Of a stretch of 64,000 nt of DNA, positions 11,751-23,217 are shown one piece after another. Each line of letters opens with the position of its first letter. Position 1 is the stretch's first letter. Source of the DNA: Balanoglossus misakiensis (Eukaryota > Animalia > Hemichordata); contig CM082581.2 of assembly GCA_040954595.2 (NCBI GenBank), positions 3,278,699 to 3,342,698 of the forward strand, written 5' to 3'. The notes under the pieces were generated by a model that was given only the letters and a program-made list of their open reading frames with translations, searched no databases and was not told the DNA's origin. Both the position numbers and the translations under genes were made by a program.

Positions 11751-12460
11751 AGGACCAAAATAAGAAGCCAAATTTAAGGCTCACCTGTGACACCTGCTTA
11801 ACTCATTAACTATGTGCATACCTAATTCCAGGCAAACCAATAGGGCTACAGGTCTGGTTTTTGTCGGACATGGACCAGTATGGGGTCAAATTTCCCCCCC
11901 CAAATTTTGGGTGACCTTGGGTGACCTTTGACCTACTTTCGCATACCTCAGCATCCAGAGCAGGTACAGCTTAGGTGTTTGGGTGGATGGGACCAAAATA
12001 AGAAGCCAAATTTAAGGCTCACCTGTGACACCTGCTTAACTCATTAACTATTTGCATACCTAATTCCAGGCAAACCAATAGGGCTACAGGTCTGGTTTTT
12101 GTCAGACATGGACCAGTATGGGGACAATTTTTTTTCCCAAACTTTGGATGTCCTTGGGTGACCTTTGACCTACTTTCACATATCTCGGCATCCAGAGCAG
12201 GTACAGCTTAGGTGTTTGGGTGGATGGGACCAAAATAAGAAGCCAAATTTTAGAGTCACCTGTGACACCTGCCTAACTCATTAATTATGTGCATACCTAA
12301 TTCCAGGCAAACCAGTAGGGCTACAGGTCTGGTTTTTGTTTGACATGGACCAGTATAGCGTAAACATTTTCTGCTCATATTAAGCGTGACCTCACGTGAC
12401 CTTTGACCTACTTTTCCACATCTCAGCATCCACAGCACATACACCCTTGGCATTTGGAGT
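11751..12460 (+). repeat. 237-bp tandem array, 3 units, inside HINE copy B
   Basis: Unit starts at 11751, 11989 and 12226. Confidence 0.95.
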
Positions 12461-12999
12461 GATAGAACAACTAATGCAGTAATTAAATATGCACAAATCT
12501 ATCTCCAGGCGAACCAATAGGGCTAGTAGTGTCTCGAAACCCGCTTATTGCTGTTCACAGCTATATTTACCATTGTGTTAGTCTATGTAAAAGTAGGCAG
12601 GAGCTTTGATTGGCTGAATCTTATCACATGTCTGCTGTTTGTAACTTCTCTGGCCTATGATACATTTTGTTCTCTCATTTAGCATTCCCTTTCTGACTTG
12701 TGTAGATGTGAACGTTTGTAGACACTGGCAGCTGTGAGTCAAGCTCCAAATAAATCCACAGTTGAATGTTATGTGTATAATTTCAGGAAAATGACAATAG
12801 TAGAAGCCTAGCGGGTTTTCTAGCAATTCTCAATATGTAATTCTATGGAAGAGACACATGCATAGAAAGGTGCACAATTTACATGTTTACATCCCCAATA
12901 AAGATTAATTGATAGGTCACTGGCCTATTGAAATAAAAATATTTTGTTCGTATTGTTGTACTATCCTTGTCTTACTTGCATGCAGCCAGTTTGGTTTTG

Positions 13000-13145
13000 T
13001 TAGGGCCCGTTTGGTATATACATATATACCATGGGACCTTACTGGATTGGATGTCTGTATGTATGGATGTATGTCTGTCTGTATTTCCGATCACATCAAA
13101 AACTTGAAAACTGCTGCGCATACCACATTGATATTTGGTGTGTAG
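13000..13145 (+). mobile_element. 5' part of a second DINE/HINE-like family
   Basis: TTAGGGCCC...GGTATATA-CA-TATATACC...GGGACCTTA hairpin followed by a GTAT/GTCT microsatellite. Confidence 0.55.
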
Positions 13146-13964
13146 CAGTGTTCGAATATCGTAGTAAACATCAACCAGTCACCAGGACTGGCAACTTCAA
13201 AAAGTTGCCAGTCCTGCCAAAAACTTACCAGTCCTGATATTATGCCTTACAATTAAATGTAATCAAATACAACTGAGAAGATATTACCTTACATGTATCT
13301 GTGAACAATTGAATATGGGATGGAATCATATTTCTCTTAACATTACTTTGATTTGATAATTTTCCGGCTTTGCCACAACGGGCGCCCCCAACGTTAACCT
13401 ATAGAGAATACAAAAATGGTGCCAGAGGCCCCAGAAAGGTCGTATTTTCCAAATTTGTGGAAAAACGAGCACGGTGACATATTTAAAAAAGTACATTTTT
13501 AGAAAATATAAGGCATGGGCTAACATATATCAAATATTGGTGAAATTGACAATAGTAGAAAGGTTTTATATTTACAAACAATCATTTTGAATTCCTTAAA
13601 TTTAAGGCACATATTTTGGAAAAAATGGTAAAAAAATAAATATTGAAATTATCACTATCATTTATGTTCTTGACTAAACTGTTTGTTTACATTTTGGGTT
13701 TTATTTTAAAACTTCGTTATAATAGAAATGTACAAAAATTGTGTATTATACGACTTACAAAATTATATCTTATCATGATGAATTTTAGTGAATTTTGGGA
13801 AAAAGCGTATTTTTTTATTGCCATTTTATTGAAAAACAAGCACGGTGACCCTATATTTTTTTTTCATTTTTGGATTACCCTTGTATGTTAGCATCCAAAA
13901 AATTACATTTAAAAAAAATGACAATACATTCATTTTTTCCGAACGTACATCCTTAAAACCACAT

Positions 13965-14110
13965 TGCTGTTGTAAGTCAAAACTAACAATGCTGTCGCTC
14001 ATCATTTGAGTAACAGACGTGTCATTTTTGGAAACAACATCACTATATCTACCATAGAACTTCTTAAATGACCTAACCATTCTGCTTTTGCAGAATCCTT
14101 GTCTCACTAG
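13965..14110 (-). pseudogene. Fragment of the C-terminus of a Penelope-like retroelement reverse transcriptase
   Basis: QGFCKSRMVRSFKKFYGRYSDVVSKNDTSVTQMMSD resembles the QG(Y/F)...SF.KFYGR..D.V.KY..SV..M..D tail recalled from invertebrate PLE-type RT proteins. Confidence 0.6.
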
Positions 14111-14139
14111 CTCGGATGTTGTGTCTTATGTTTGTATGT

Positions 14140-14485
14140 ATTTCCGTCCACTGAAACACATCTCCCCAATAAATTATCACTGGATTGGTTATATTAGACG
14201 AATTATGCACATAAACTCACATAGAAACTTTGGTGGAGTTGGTATTTTTGTACAGCTTTATTACATATCTGTCATTGAAAGAGAATTCTTTGAGTCTGCT
14301 TCAACAACAAGATCTCAGATTATTCTTTTATCGTGTTCCCTTTCTGCTTACCACCCAGAAATTCTCCTTGAGGCAGAGATTCTGGTTATTATTTTAGTCA
14401 CATGCTCTGCCAGTTGTGTGAATATGATAACGAAGTGGACACAGTGTTCCTTTGAGGGGATTGTAACGCCCGTCTCGGTAATTTA
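14140..14485 (+). pseudogene. Degenerate APE endonuclease of a non-LTR retrotransposon
   Basis: Frameshifted motifs TETHL, YHWIG..R...H.N...GGVGIFV, LPPRNSP*GRD and FL*GDCNARLG. Confidence 0.7.
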
Positions 14486-14860
14486 AATAATAATAATAAT
14501 AATAATGTTTATTGTCTTTTAGGCCACCGGCCAATATGACAATTGCATGGTATTAAAGATATATTACAAAACGAAATACAGCAACAACAAAAAAGAAACA
14601 TTAGGTCACCTTCGAGCTTTCATGAAAAATATTCTTTTCTCAAACTCATGGCTTTATGGACAAATTTGCCAAGATTTCTTAACACTGTTGGCGACTTCGA
14701 CCTCATCAGTGTTAAAAATTTCTCTTCAGAAAAAGACTCAGAGTTGTCATGTGGTAATAAATATCTTAAGCTTTGATACAATGGGCATAAAAATATTACA
14801 TGAAATTCATCCTCGACACCTCCTGTACATATTTAAATGACAACATCCGTGGTCTAGATG
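14486..14860 (-). mobile_element. 3' end of an RTE-X-like LINE (C-terminal Cys/His region, 3' UTR, (ATT)n tail)
   Basis: Minus strand reads VEDEFHVIFLCPLYQSLR...FLTLM...LRNLGKFVHKAMSLRKEYFS* (stop at 14620-14622), then AATAAAC and an (ATT)n tail at 14486-14506. Confidence 0.75.
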
Positions 14861-15224
14861 ATATTCAAGACCGATCATAGTGTTACCAACATCGCCGTGA
14901 TTTTCTACGAGAAATAAATTTTTTTTTACACTGAATGGAAGGTTTAATCCCCAAAATGATTATTCCAGGCATATTTTTGACAAGAAACTACGTCAAACTG
15001 AGCCATTTTGATTCCATGTGTATAGAGAATTTTGGGATAATTTAAGAAAACTGGGAACCATAAAAAAGAAAATCATACCAATGGAAGTTTACGATGATAT
15101 AGGTAATATTTTGTGTAGTGACACTGGTTGCTAAACACATGACATAGTGAATTTTCAGCTCTGTACCGTTGCCCAGAGAACAAGAATTTTGACACTGAGT
15201 ACTATGATCACATGATTGATCATC

Positions 15225-16620
15225 AATTTTGGACATTTCTCACGAATATTATCAAAAGATGATAAATTCCCGACTTTGCGAACTTTGGTGAAATTGCCAT
15301 TCTTGGACATTTTCATGGGTTATAGCTCAAGAAAATTGTCAAACGATGATAAATTCCCGACTTTGCGAACTTTGGTGAAATTGTGATTCTTGGACATTTT
15401 CATGGGTTATAGCTCATGAAAGTTATCAAAAGATGACGAATTCCCGACTTTGCGAACTTTGGTGAAATTGTGATTCTTGGACATTTTCATGGGTTATAGC
15501 TCAAGAAAATTGTCAAACGATGATAAATTCCCGACTTTGCGAACTTTGGTGAAATTGTGATTCTTGGACATTTTCATGGGTTATAGCTCAAGAAAATTGT
15601 CAAACGATGATAAATTCCCGACTTTGCCAACTTTGGTGAAACTGTCATTCTTGGACATTTTCATGAAAGTTATCAAAAGATGACGAATTCCCGACTTTGC
15701 GAACTTTGGTGAATTGTCATTCGTGAACATTTTCATGGATCATAGCTCGTGAAAATTTTCAAAAGATGACAAATTCTCGACTTTGCGAACATTTCTGATT
15801 TTGTCATTTTTGGACATTTTCATGGATCATAGCTCGTGAAAATTGTCAAAAATGACAAATTCCATACTTTGCGAACTTTGGTGAAATTGTCATTCATGTA
15901 CATTTTTCATGGGTTATATAGCTCATGAAAGTTATCTAAAGATGACGATTTCAAGACTTTGCGAACTTTGTTGAATTTCTGATTCTTGGACATTTTCATG
16001 GGTTATAGCTCAAGAAAATTGTCAAACGACGATAAATTCCCGTCTTTGCCAACTTTGGTGAAACTGTCATTCTTGGACATTTTCATGGGCTATAGCTCAC
16101 GAATATTATGATAAATTCGGGACTTAGCGAACTTTGGTATTTTTCCATCTTGGATATTTTTATGGGTTTTAGCTCATGAAAATTGTCAAAAATGACAAAT
16201 TCCATATTTTGCAAACTTTGGTGATTTTGTTATTTTCGTACATTTTCACGGGTTATAGCTCTTAAAAATTGTCCAATATTTGGAAAATTACCGACTTTTC
16301 GAACTGTGGTGATTTTGTCAATTTTGGACACTTTTCATGGTCATAAAAGTTGTCAAAAGGTGACAAATTTCCTTTGCGAACTTTGCTGATTTTGTCATTT
16401 TTGTCCATTTTTTTATGCGGGGGGGGGGGGGGGGGGGGGGGGGGTTATTGCTCAGTAAAATGATCAAAAAGACAAAGTCCCGACTTTGTGAACTTTGGCG
16501 ATTATGTCATTTTGGGATATTTTTTATAGGTTATAGCTCACGAAACTTGTCAGAAAATGACACATTCTTGACTTTGCGGATTTGGCAAATTTGTCTGTTT
16601 TGGACATTTTTCATTGGTAA
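15225..16620 (+). repeat. 87-bp tandem repeat, about 16 units, degenerate toward the 3' end, with a poly-G run at about 16418-16444
   Basis: TCTTGGACATTTTCATGGGTTATAGCTC recurs at 15301, 15388 and 15475 (period 87). Confidence 0.95.
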
Positions 16621-17058
16621 GGCCACCAAGTGAAATATGAACCCTGCAGTGTCCAGTATGCTCAGGGGGAAACGTGTACTTGGAATGCTGTAATCCATGA
16701 AATTCACTGCCAAATTAAGCTCAGCGTGGAAAAAAAGATGTTTCTTTTGTAAAATGACCCAGTAGCGCTAATGTGTTGTGTACACTATAAGATAATCTGT
16801 TGCTAATGTTGACATGAAGATTATTCCTCTGATAACCAAGTGGGGTATAGTTGAGCAGATGCAACCAAACCATAACGGACACAGTCTCGAGGTCCAAACA
16901 TTAGACAGTACTATACGATACTATTGGATATTTCTCTTGTTGAACACGTCATGGCCTTCATTGTTCTCTTGTCAAATATATTACTAGTAGATGATACTAG
17001 ACGATAGAACAGATATTTTCTAATTCCGATACTGGACGATAAATATCCAATATCGTAA

Positions 17059-17999
17059 GGGACCGTTCATTTTTACGGCCGGGGGGCGGCAAAATCCAGA
17101 GGGGGGGGGGGTCACTTGAATTTTGAAGTCCAAAAGGGGGGGGGGTACGTCATCTGTTTTTTTTACACGTTTAGGGGGGGGTCACATACTTTTGCCACCG
17201 AACTTTTGCTTTTGAGTCCACAAAATTGCAGTTTCGCGCCCTTTATTTTACAAAATTTTCTACACATTTTCCACACCCACCCCCTACATTCTTTGCAACA
17301 TATCGATTTTTGCTGGTTTGACTATTCTACCGGGGTAGAGTGCTTGCCACCCCAAAACCACTGATGATAGTATTTAACAAAGTTAATACATAAAGGAAAA
17401 TAAACGTTTAAACCATTTTGCATAACTGATAGTTTCGTGCTGCATCTTCTATATGCTGGAAGTTTTATAAATGATGTCATGACGAAGATGACGGCAAATC
17501 TTCTAACTTTGAGTGGAATGGCAAAAAATAAAATTGGTCCTGAATGAATTTGCTTTTGAGTTCATAAAAATGCAACTTTGAGCTACATATTTTACAAAAT
17601 TTTCTTATGTGGGAGGGGGACACCCCCTCCCACACCCACCCCCGCCACTTTTCTTGTTTTACCAATTCTAGCAACTATTGTATTGACTTGTCATTTTATT
17701 TTGTTCATAGATTTCTTTATTGCAACGATATTATTAAATAATTCAATTACTTTAAGAAATTTATAATTGAGGGGTGAGGAGCCCCATTCCCTTTATTGCA
17801 TACAGTGTATACATAGGATCAGGACGGCGAATGTTTTCGGCGTGTGGGGGGGGGGGGGGTCATCATATTTTTGGGTCTGTCAAAGGGGGGGTTCATCATT
17901 TTTTGGTGCTGGGTGAAGGGGGGGGGGTCGGCCTGATTTTGAGAACCGATGACACAAACTTGCCGGCCCCCCCCCCTGCCGTAAAAACTGAACGGTCCC
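17059..17999. mobile_element. PIF/Harbinger-like (Tourist-type) MITE
   Basis: TAA|GGGACCGTTCATTTTTACGGC ... GCCGTAAAAACTGAACGGTCCC|TAA. Confidence 0.85.
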
Positions 18000-18196
18000 T
18001 AAAATGTGCAATGTCGCGCCTTCATGAAATATGGCGCCCCCAACAGGGAGTCTGGATCACCGAGACTAGTTCTACATGTACGTACATGTATAGCAATGAT
18101 GGTGGGCATGGTTCTTTCAGATTCAGAAACAGGGAACAAAAGTTTGAATACCAGACATCAAGGGTAATTTTTGAACTCACATTTAGAGCATGTAGC

Positions 18197-18469
18197 ACAG
18201 GGGGCTCGCCCTCCGTGTTTTTAATGTGCATGTTGTTTGTTGTTATTGATTGGCATAATAAACAAGAAAATGTGTTGTTGTTCTGTTTTTTGTTTTTTTT
18301 ATATTTATTCATCAATATGGTCACATTTGTTTGTTGACATGTTAGGGTATATTCAACGGTTAGAAATTATTCGCTCCACAGCATCACACCCTGTTTGTTT
18401 ATTATGCCAATCAATAACAACAAACAAACAAACATTACACACTAAAAACATGGAGGAAGAGCCCCCTGT
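18197..18469. mobile_element. Palindromic MITE with 9-bp TSD (MULE-like)
   Basis: GCATGTAGC|ACAGGGGGCTC...GAGCCCCCTGT|GGATGTAGC (8/9 match); inverted arms of about 70 bp. Confidence 0.7.
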
Positions 18470-20637
18470 GGATGTAGCTCCGACTATCCCCAAAAAGCGA
18501 ATCTTTGGTAACCAGATTATTTTGTGAAAGCAAGTGGCGTGCATTGAAAGACCATAGGGTACTATACTTCAGACAAGTTGTTTAAAAATCACTTGACAAA
18601 TGCCTGCATGAGAATTTGCTGGTGACAGACACACAGACGGGACAGACATGGCATAACAGGGACCAATAATCACAAAAAAGAAAGACACATTAAATGCTTA
18701 GTTCCAACATGTATCTTTATTGCTACACAATACTCAATTTAGCCATTGGTCTTATTGCTTATTAAATGGGCTAAAATATATCCATAAAATCTCAACACAG
18801 TACAAGAACTATTAAAAACAGGAAGTATTAACTATTAAACATGTTAAATTGAATCATAAATCTTCAGAGTGGAATGTTTTACAGAAGTTACTATACTGTT
18901 TGTCGAGGGTAAAAAAACAAGTTATTTTTTTCCATGATGGGAAACTGTTCACTTGGCAGCCTGCATCCTAAACTATCAATGTTTGTTAATGTGTGTCTCA
19001 GCTGCAGCTCTATTTGTTCACCTCAACATGTCAATTTTCCTCTCATAATGTTTAAATTTACTTGTTAAATGATACGGCCTTTGACTTTAATGTTGGCAAC
19101 ATTTATTTTCAAACAGACCAGGCAGTTTGCGATTCAATTTAGATGTCCTTTTCTTTTCTTTTCTTTTCTTTTCTAGAACTTGCAAAATAAAGAATGCGCA
19201 GAATGATTGAGATGATATGGCGAGGTCTCTGAATAATATGAGCTGTGGGCTGCCTGTTTTTACTGACACTTCGCTAGAGCAGAACCGTACCAGCATTTTT
19301 TCTACACTGGCGTAAAAATGAGTGAGACCAATTTTCTGTCAGTGCTGCACTGGGGCAGATTGACTGTAGGTCCAAGTTGAGAAGTGGTCCGACCACTGAC
19401 TCAAAGTGCACAATGGAAATGCATGTGAAAACTCTGAAGCAACATAAATGTCCTCTTGCAGTGACATTAGGCCAAATAAAAAAATATGTGCTGTTCAGAT
19501 TACCAGACCTACCCTAATTTTAGCCCGCCGACCCTAAACTTTTTAGAGCTTCGTAAACCGGAAGTAAAAATAACGATGTCAAATATACAAAACTTATGAA
19601 AATTGCGAGAATCACGCAAGAACTATGACGTCATTCTTCTACACTACGGAGGCCAAAGATACAAAAAACAGAGCTCATGAATAATAACCCAATCAGGATT
19701 TCTATGATCATTCAATCAAATTTCAGTTTTGCAAAACACATTCAGATTTGTAGTCTTGCCTAAATCAATGTTGAGAATGGTTGAAAACAATGATGACTAT
19801 ACGCTGAGTGCGTGCCTTATATATTTTGGACATAATCTCTGTGAGATGAGCATATAGTGCTTATATAGTATGGACAATCTGGAGGAATGTGTGGGAAAAA
19901 AAATGATATACTCGTCATATGAACATCTTCAAAGCAAATGTTGTATGAAATGAAAGACAACTCACTCCATGCATTACTTAGGTGCAATCACAGTCCTTTT
20001 TTTTGAGGGACTGTGGTGGAATGAATTTGCAAAGTAAGTGTGTATACATGTATATAAAACAATTCAATAAGGTTTAAAGTAAACAGAATATATGTATAGC
20101 AACAAAGTTCAAACAATTATTTTGTATGCAATCTCGCAAATTTGTCATTAGGGAAATTAACTATGAGTACCAATAAGCCTGGCATTGTTCCTATATGTAA
20201 AATATATTTGTTAGATTATTGTTATATTATTGCTTTGTCAATCTTCTGTATTTATATCTGGAGAGCAACTTCCAAAATACTGTAGGTCGGCCGAGTGAGT
20301 GAAAGCACTTAAAGACTTCCATGACACCGGTCCCTTTAAAGGCCAACGATTGTTGGAGGAAAATGCATATTACAAATTGTCATGAAATTGCTCAACAGAT
20401 CAGTACATGATCCCATTAGGAAGTCACCTTTTCTGGCACGGTGTATCATCTTGATACAGAAATTGGGATATACCCTGGTATGCGTAATTCAGTAGCTAAA
20501 TGTGCAAAGTAAATGTTAGTTAGTGAACACAGGTAAATGTCTCACAAAGTATACCACAATCAATACATGTTGTAAGTTTCATCAAATTTGGAACAGTAAT
20601 TCAATATATATTATCCTGATAGCAAATGTTTAGTTAA

Positions 20638-20893
20638 GGTTGCAGTATAAGATATCCACTCTTTGAAATAAACATTTCTCTAGTAATTACTGAGCTCAGA
20701 ATCCCCTAAAACTACATTGTACTTATTTTCTGAATATTTTGGTTACTTCAGTGTGACCATTGTTTAAACAACTATCACATGACACATGTGACAGGCAATT
20801 TAAATAACGCTATGAATACTTTTGGGAAATTCTGAGCTCAATAAATACCATAGAAATGTTTATTTCAAAGAGTGCATTCCTTATTCTGCATCC
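20638..20893. mobile_element. TTAA-flanked MITE (Kolobok-like, GG ends)
   Basis: TTAA|GGTTGCAGTATAAG...CTTATTCTGCATCC|TTAA with inverted arms; a partial relative lies at about 53443-53600. Confidence 0.7.
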
Positions 20894-21170
20894 TTAATAT
20901 GCACATAAATATTTTTACTTGACAAGACAATTATTACAGATTTCAATTTTAGTGTGACAATACAGGGAGATAGAAACAAAGTCTTTTCCAGTCAACTGTA
21001 AACATTAGAATATACACAGTGCCACCAGTAATTAACCTAGTCTATCCTTGTTTGATTGAATTTACATGTGTATAAACGACCCCTTCGCTTCCAAAAACAC
21101 TGATTGGCACTGGGCTTGTAACTAAAATAGCACTGCAATCAAATGTTAATGTTCTAATGTTTACAGTTAA

Positions 21171-21456
21171 AGGGACAAAGTCGCTCTCTCGCTGCCCCTT
21201 TCCCATTAATTAAGTTTGTTAACTGAAAAAACTCACCACAATGAATAATCAGTCTTTACCATTTATTCATTTTATCGAGATTTTTACTCTCATATCCTAT
21301 GTTTGATACAAGACACCGTTTACAAACGGGATGGAAGTTGTGTGTGGTCGAACATTGATTCACTATATATCCACATATACATTAACATAAACTGTGTCTT
21401 GTATCAAACATAGTCAAATAATGTACAAAGGGCAGCAAGAGAGAGACTTTGTCCCT
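21171..21456. mobile_element. AGGGACAAAG-family TTAA MITE
   Basis: TTAA|AGGGACAAAGTC...GACTTTGTCCCT|TTAA. Confidence 0.85.
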
Positions 21457-22521
21457 TTAACAGGAAAAGCTATTGTGACCCTGAATTGAAATCTTCGGTA
21501 GTTTCGCTTGTTGTGTGGATGGTTTCATTTCCAAATCTATTTTGTCATTGGGAACATGAAAGTTATATATTGCGATGATCTTGCTATATAACCCCAATTT
21601 GTGTACTACCGCTAGTTTGACAAATTGAACAATAGACAACAACAACACCTCTAAATCATGTCACAAGGATACATAAAACCTGCAATGCACAATATGTTAG
21701 TGTCAGTGAAGTAACACTGTCTTGTGAGTTATCAATCTGATTGAAATCAGATATAGTGTTGGACGCCGTCATTACCTTTCCTGATTCTTGGCTGTTCAGA
21801 AGGGACGCCCACACTACAGCTGAACTTATGCCATAGGCGATCTCATTTACATCCCGTGCTTTCTGAGGCCAATCAGAGCCATGGTTAGAGAAGAAAACTG
21901 GAAGTGTGGAAAAATAAACGAAATCAAACATTAGAAGCATGTGGCGTACGCTTGGCCAGTTCCAAAGCCTTGGGAAAGCCACTCTGTGATTGGTCAAACG
22001 AGATATTCTATGGCATAGGTTCAGGTGTAGTGTGGAGTGTACACTGTACACACGGAGAACAGCACCTCACTCTACACCCGATTTTAATCAGATCAGCGAT
22101 CTATTGGCTATGCTCTCTTCAAACCAATGAAAACTTTGTACAAGACCATATTATTGCAGTTTAGATACACCCTGTTAAAAAAAATGTTTTCTCAGTTAAA
22201 GGTGGAAGCAAACCAAGAAAACTGACATCATCACGAAATTATCATGTTAAAAACAATACAATACAATTGTTTAATATGTTGTTTTATGTCACTATGAGGT
22301 CACTAACAGAACTATGAACGTACCTTCTACTGTCATTAAGGTTCATAATTTCATAATGTGCAATGTCGACAATAAACCCTCTCTTGTCATTTATTTTTTA
22401 TCCTTGTATCTATGGAAATATCCTGTAGTATGTATGACACAGTCTTAAGATATACACAAAATATCTCTTTCATTAACAAAATACAATTAAACAGAGATAA
22501 AATTTGGAAATTATGTATTCC

Positions 22522-23217
22522 TCAGTTTATGACACCATCTCGTTCGACCTCCGGAGTGTCTGGCGACTCAGGAGAGCTTGGTGTTTCTTCTTTCAGAGGT
22601 TCTTTTGAACTGCTTGAACTTGGTGGTGGCAGAGTTAATCCAGCGATTTCACTCCGTGCTGATCCGTAATCAATCGAGAAGGGATTAATGGGTTCAGTCA
22701 TCCCGATGCTGTCCTGCTTCGCCAATTTCTGCAAGGTAATGTCGCCCTCTATATCCTGGTACTTCTCCCTGGGTCTCTCCGGTAGATTGACGATGGCCTG
22801 GAAGAAGTCGTACTGTTTTGGAATGTAGTTGTTCTCAAAGAGCCATTTCAGGGAATAGGATACAAACACAATGGTGATGAAGGAGATGCACATGGAAAAC
22901 GTACGGAATGGAAAAAGTTGGCCATTAACAGGATCATATAGTGGGTAGTATATAAAGGGTTTAAGGTTAAGGAGACCCTCGCCACCTCCAAGTCGTAGTA
23001 TAAGACCGATGATATAACCGAGGAGAGAGCCATAGAGATTACATCCAGGGAAGTACACAACACAGAACAACTGTGGAAACAGGATTACATAGACTAAGTC
23101 TGAACACAGATACCAAAGGCCGTAAATGCTATCAATGGTAATAGCCAACAGCATAGCCAGGGCTGTTATTACGAAGATGGCAATGCGCATAACCCATATT
23201 ATCTCTCTTTCCGATGC
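22522..23217 (-). CDS. SLC5A7: SLC5A7 coding exon 8 (terminal)
   Basis: tttcag|[11 protein letters not shown]...GVIN*. Confidence 0.93.
   Translation of the reverse strand, partial: ASEREIIWVMRIAIFVITALAMLLAITIDSIYGLWYLCSDLVYVILFPQLFCVVYFPGCNLYGSLLGYIIGLILRLGGGEGLLNLKPFIYYPLYDPVNGQLFPFRTFSMCISFITIVFVSYSLKWLFENNYIPKQYDFFQAIVNLPERPREKYQDIEGDITLQKLAKQDSIGMTEPINPFSIDYGSARSEIAGLTLPPPSSSSSKEPLKEETPSSPESPDTPEVERDGVIN

Larger units (their letters stand above)
7942..12568 (+). mobile_element. Non-autonomous Helentron/DINE-1-like (HINE) element, outer copy B, interrupted by copy A and by a TTAA element
   Basis: 5' hairpin AGGGTTTCGAGACC-AGAG-GGGTCTCGAAACCCT, (ATT)n, body, tandem array, 3' subterminal GTCTCGAAACCC, stem-loop GCTG-TTCA-CAGC and a T-rich end; no TSD. 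Confidence 0.75.

Noticed and set aside
9662-12453. Duplicated 65-aa ORFs (9662-9859 and 12256-12453)
   Set aside because: They are by-products of the duplicated HINE terminal unit, with no protein-like features.
8685-12460. CRISPR-like regularly spaced repeats
   Set aside because: The units are full-length 237-bp tandem copies with no unique spacers, there are no cas genes, and the context is eukaryotic.
15225-16620. 87-bp (29-codon) repeat as a coding repeat protein or CRISPR array
   Set aside because: No ORF spans the array in the ORF track, indels break the period, and there are no unique spacers.
17774-18337. 187-aa Gly-rich ORF
   Set aside because: It runs across the G-tracts and boundaries of two MITEs; the composition is an artefact.
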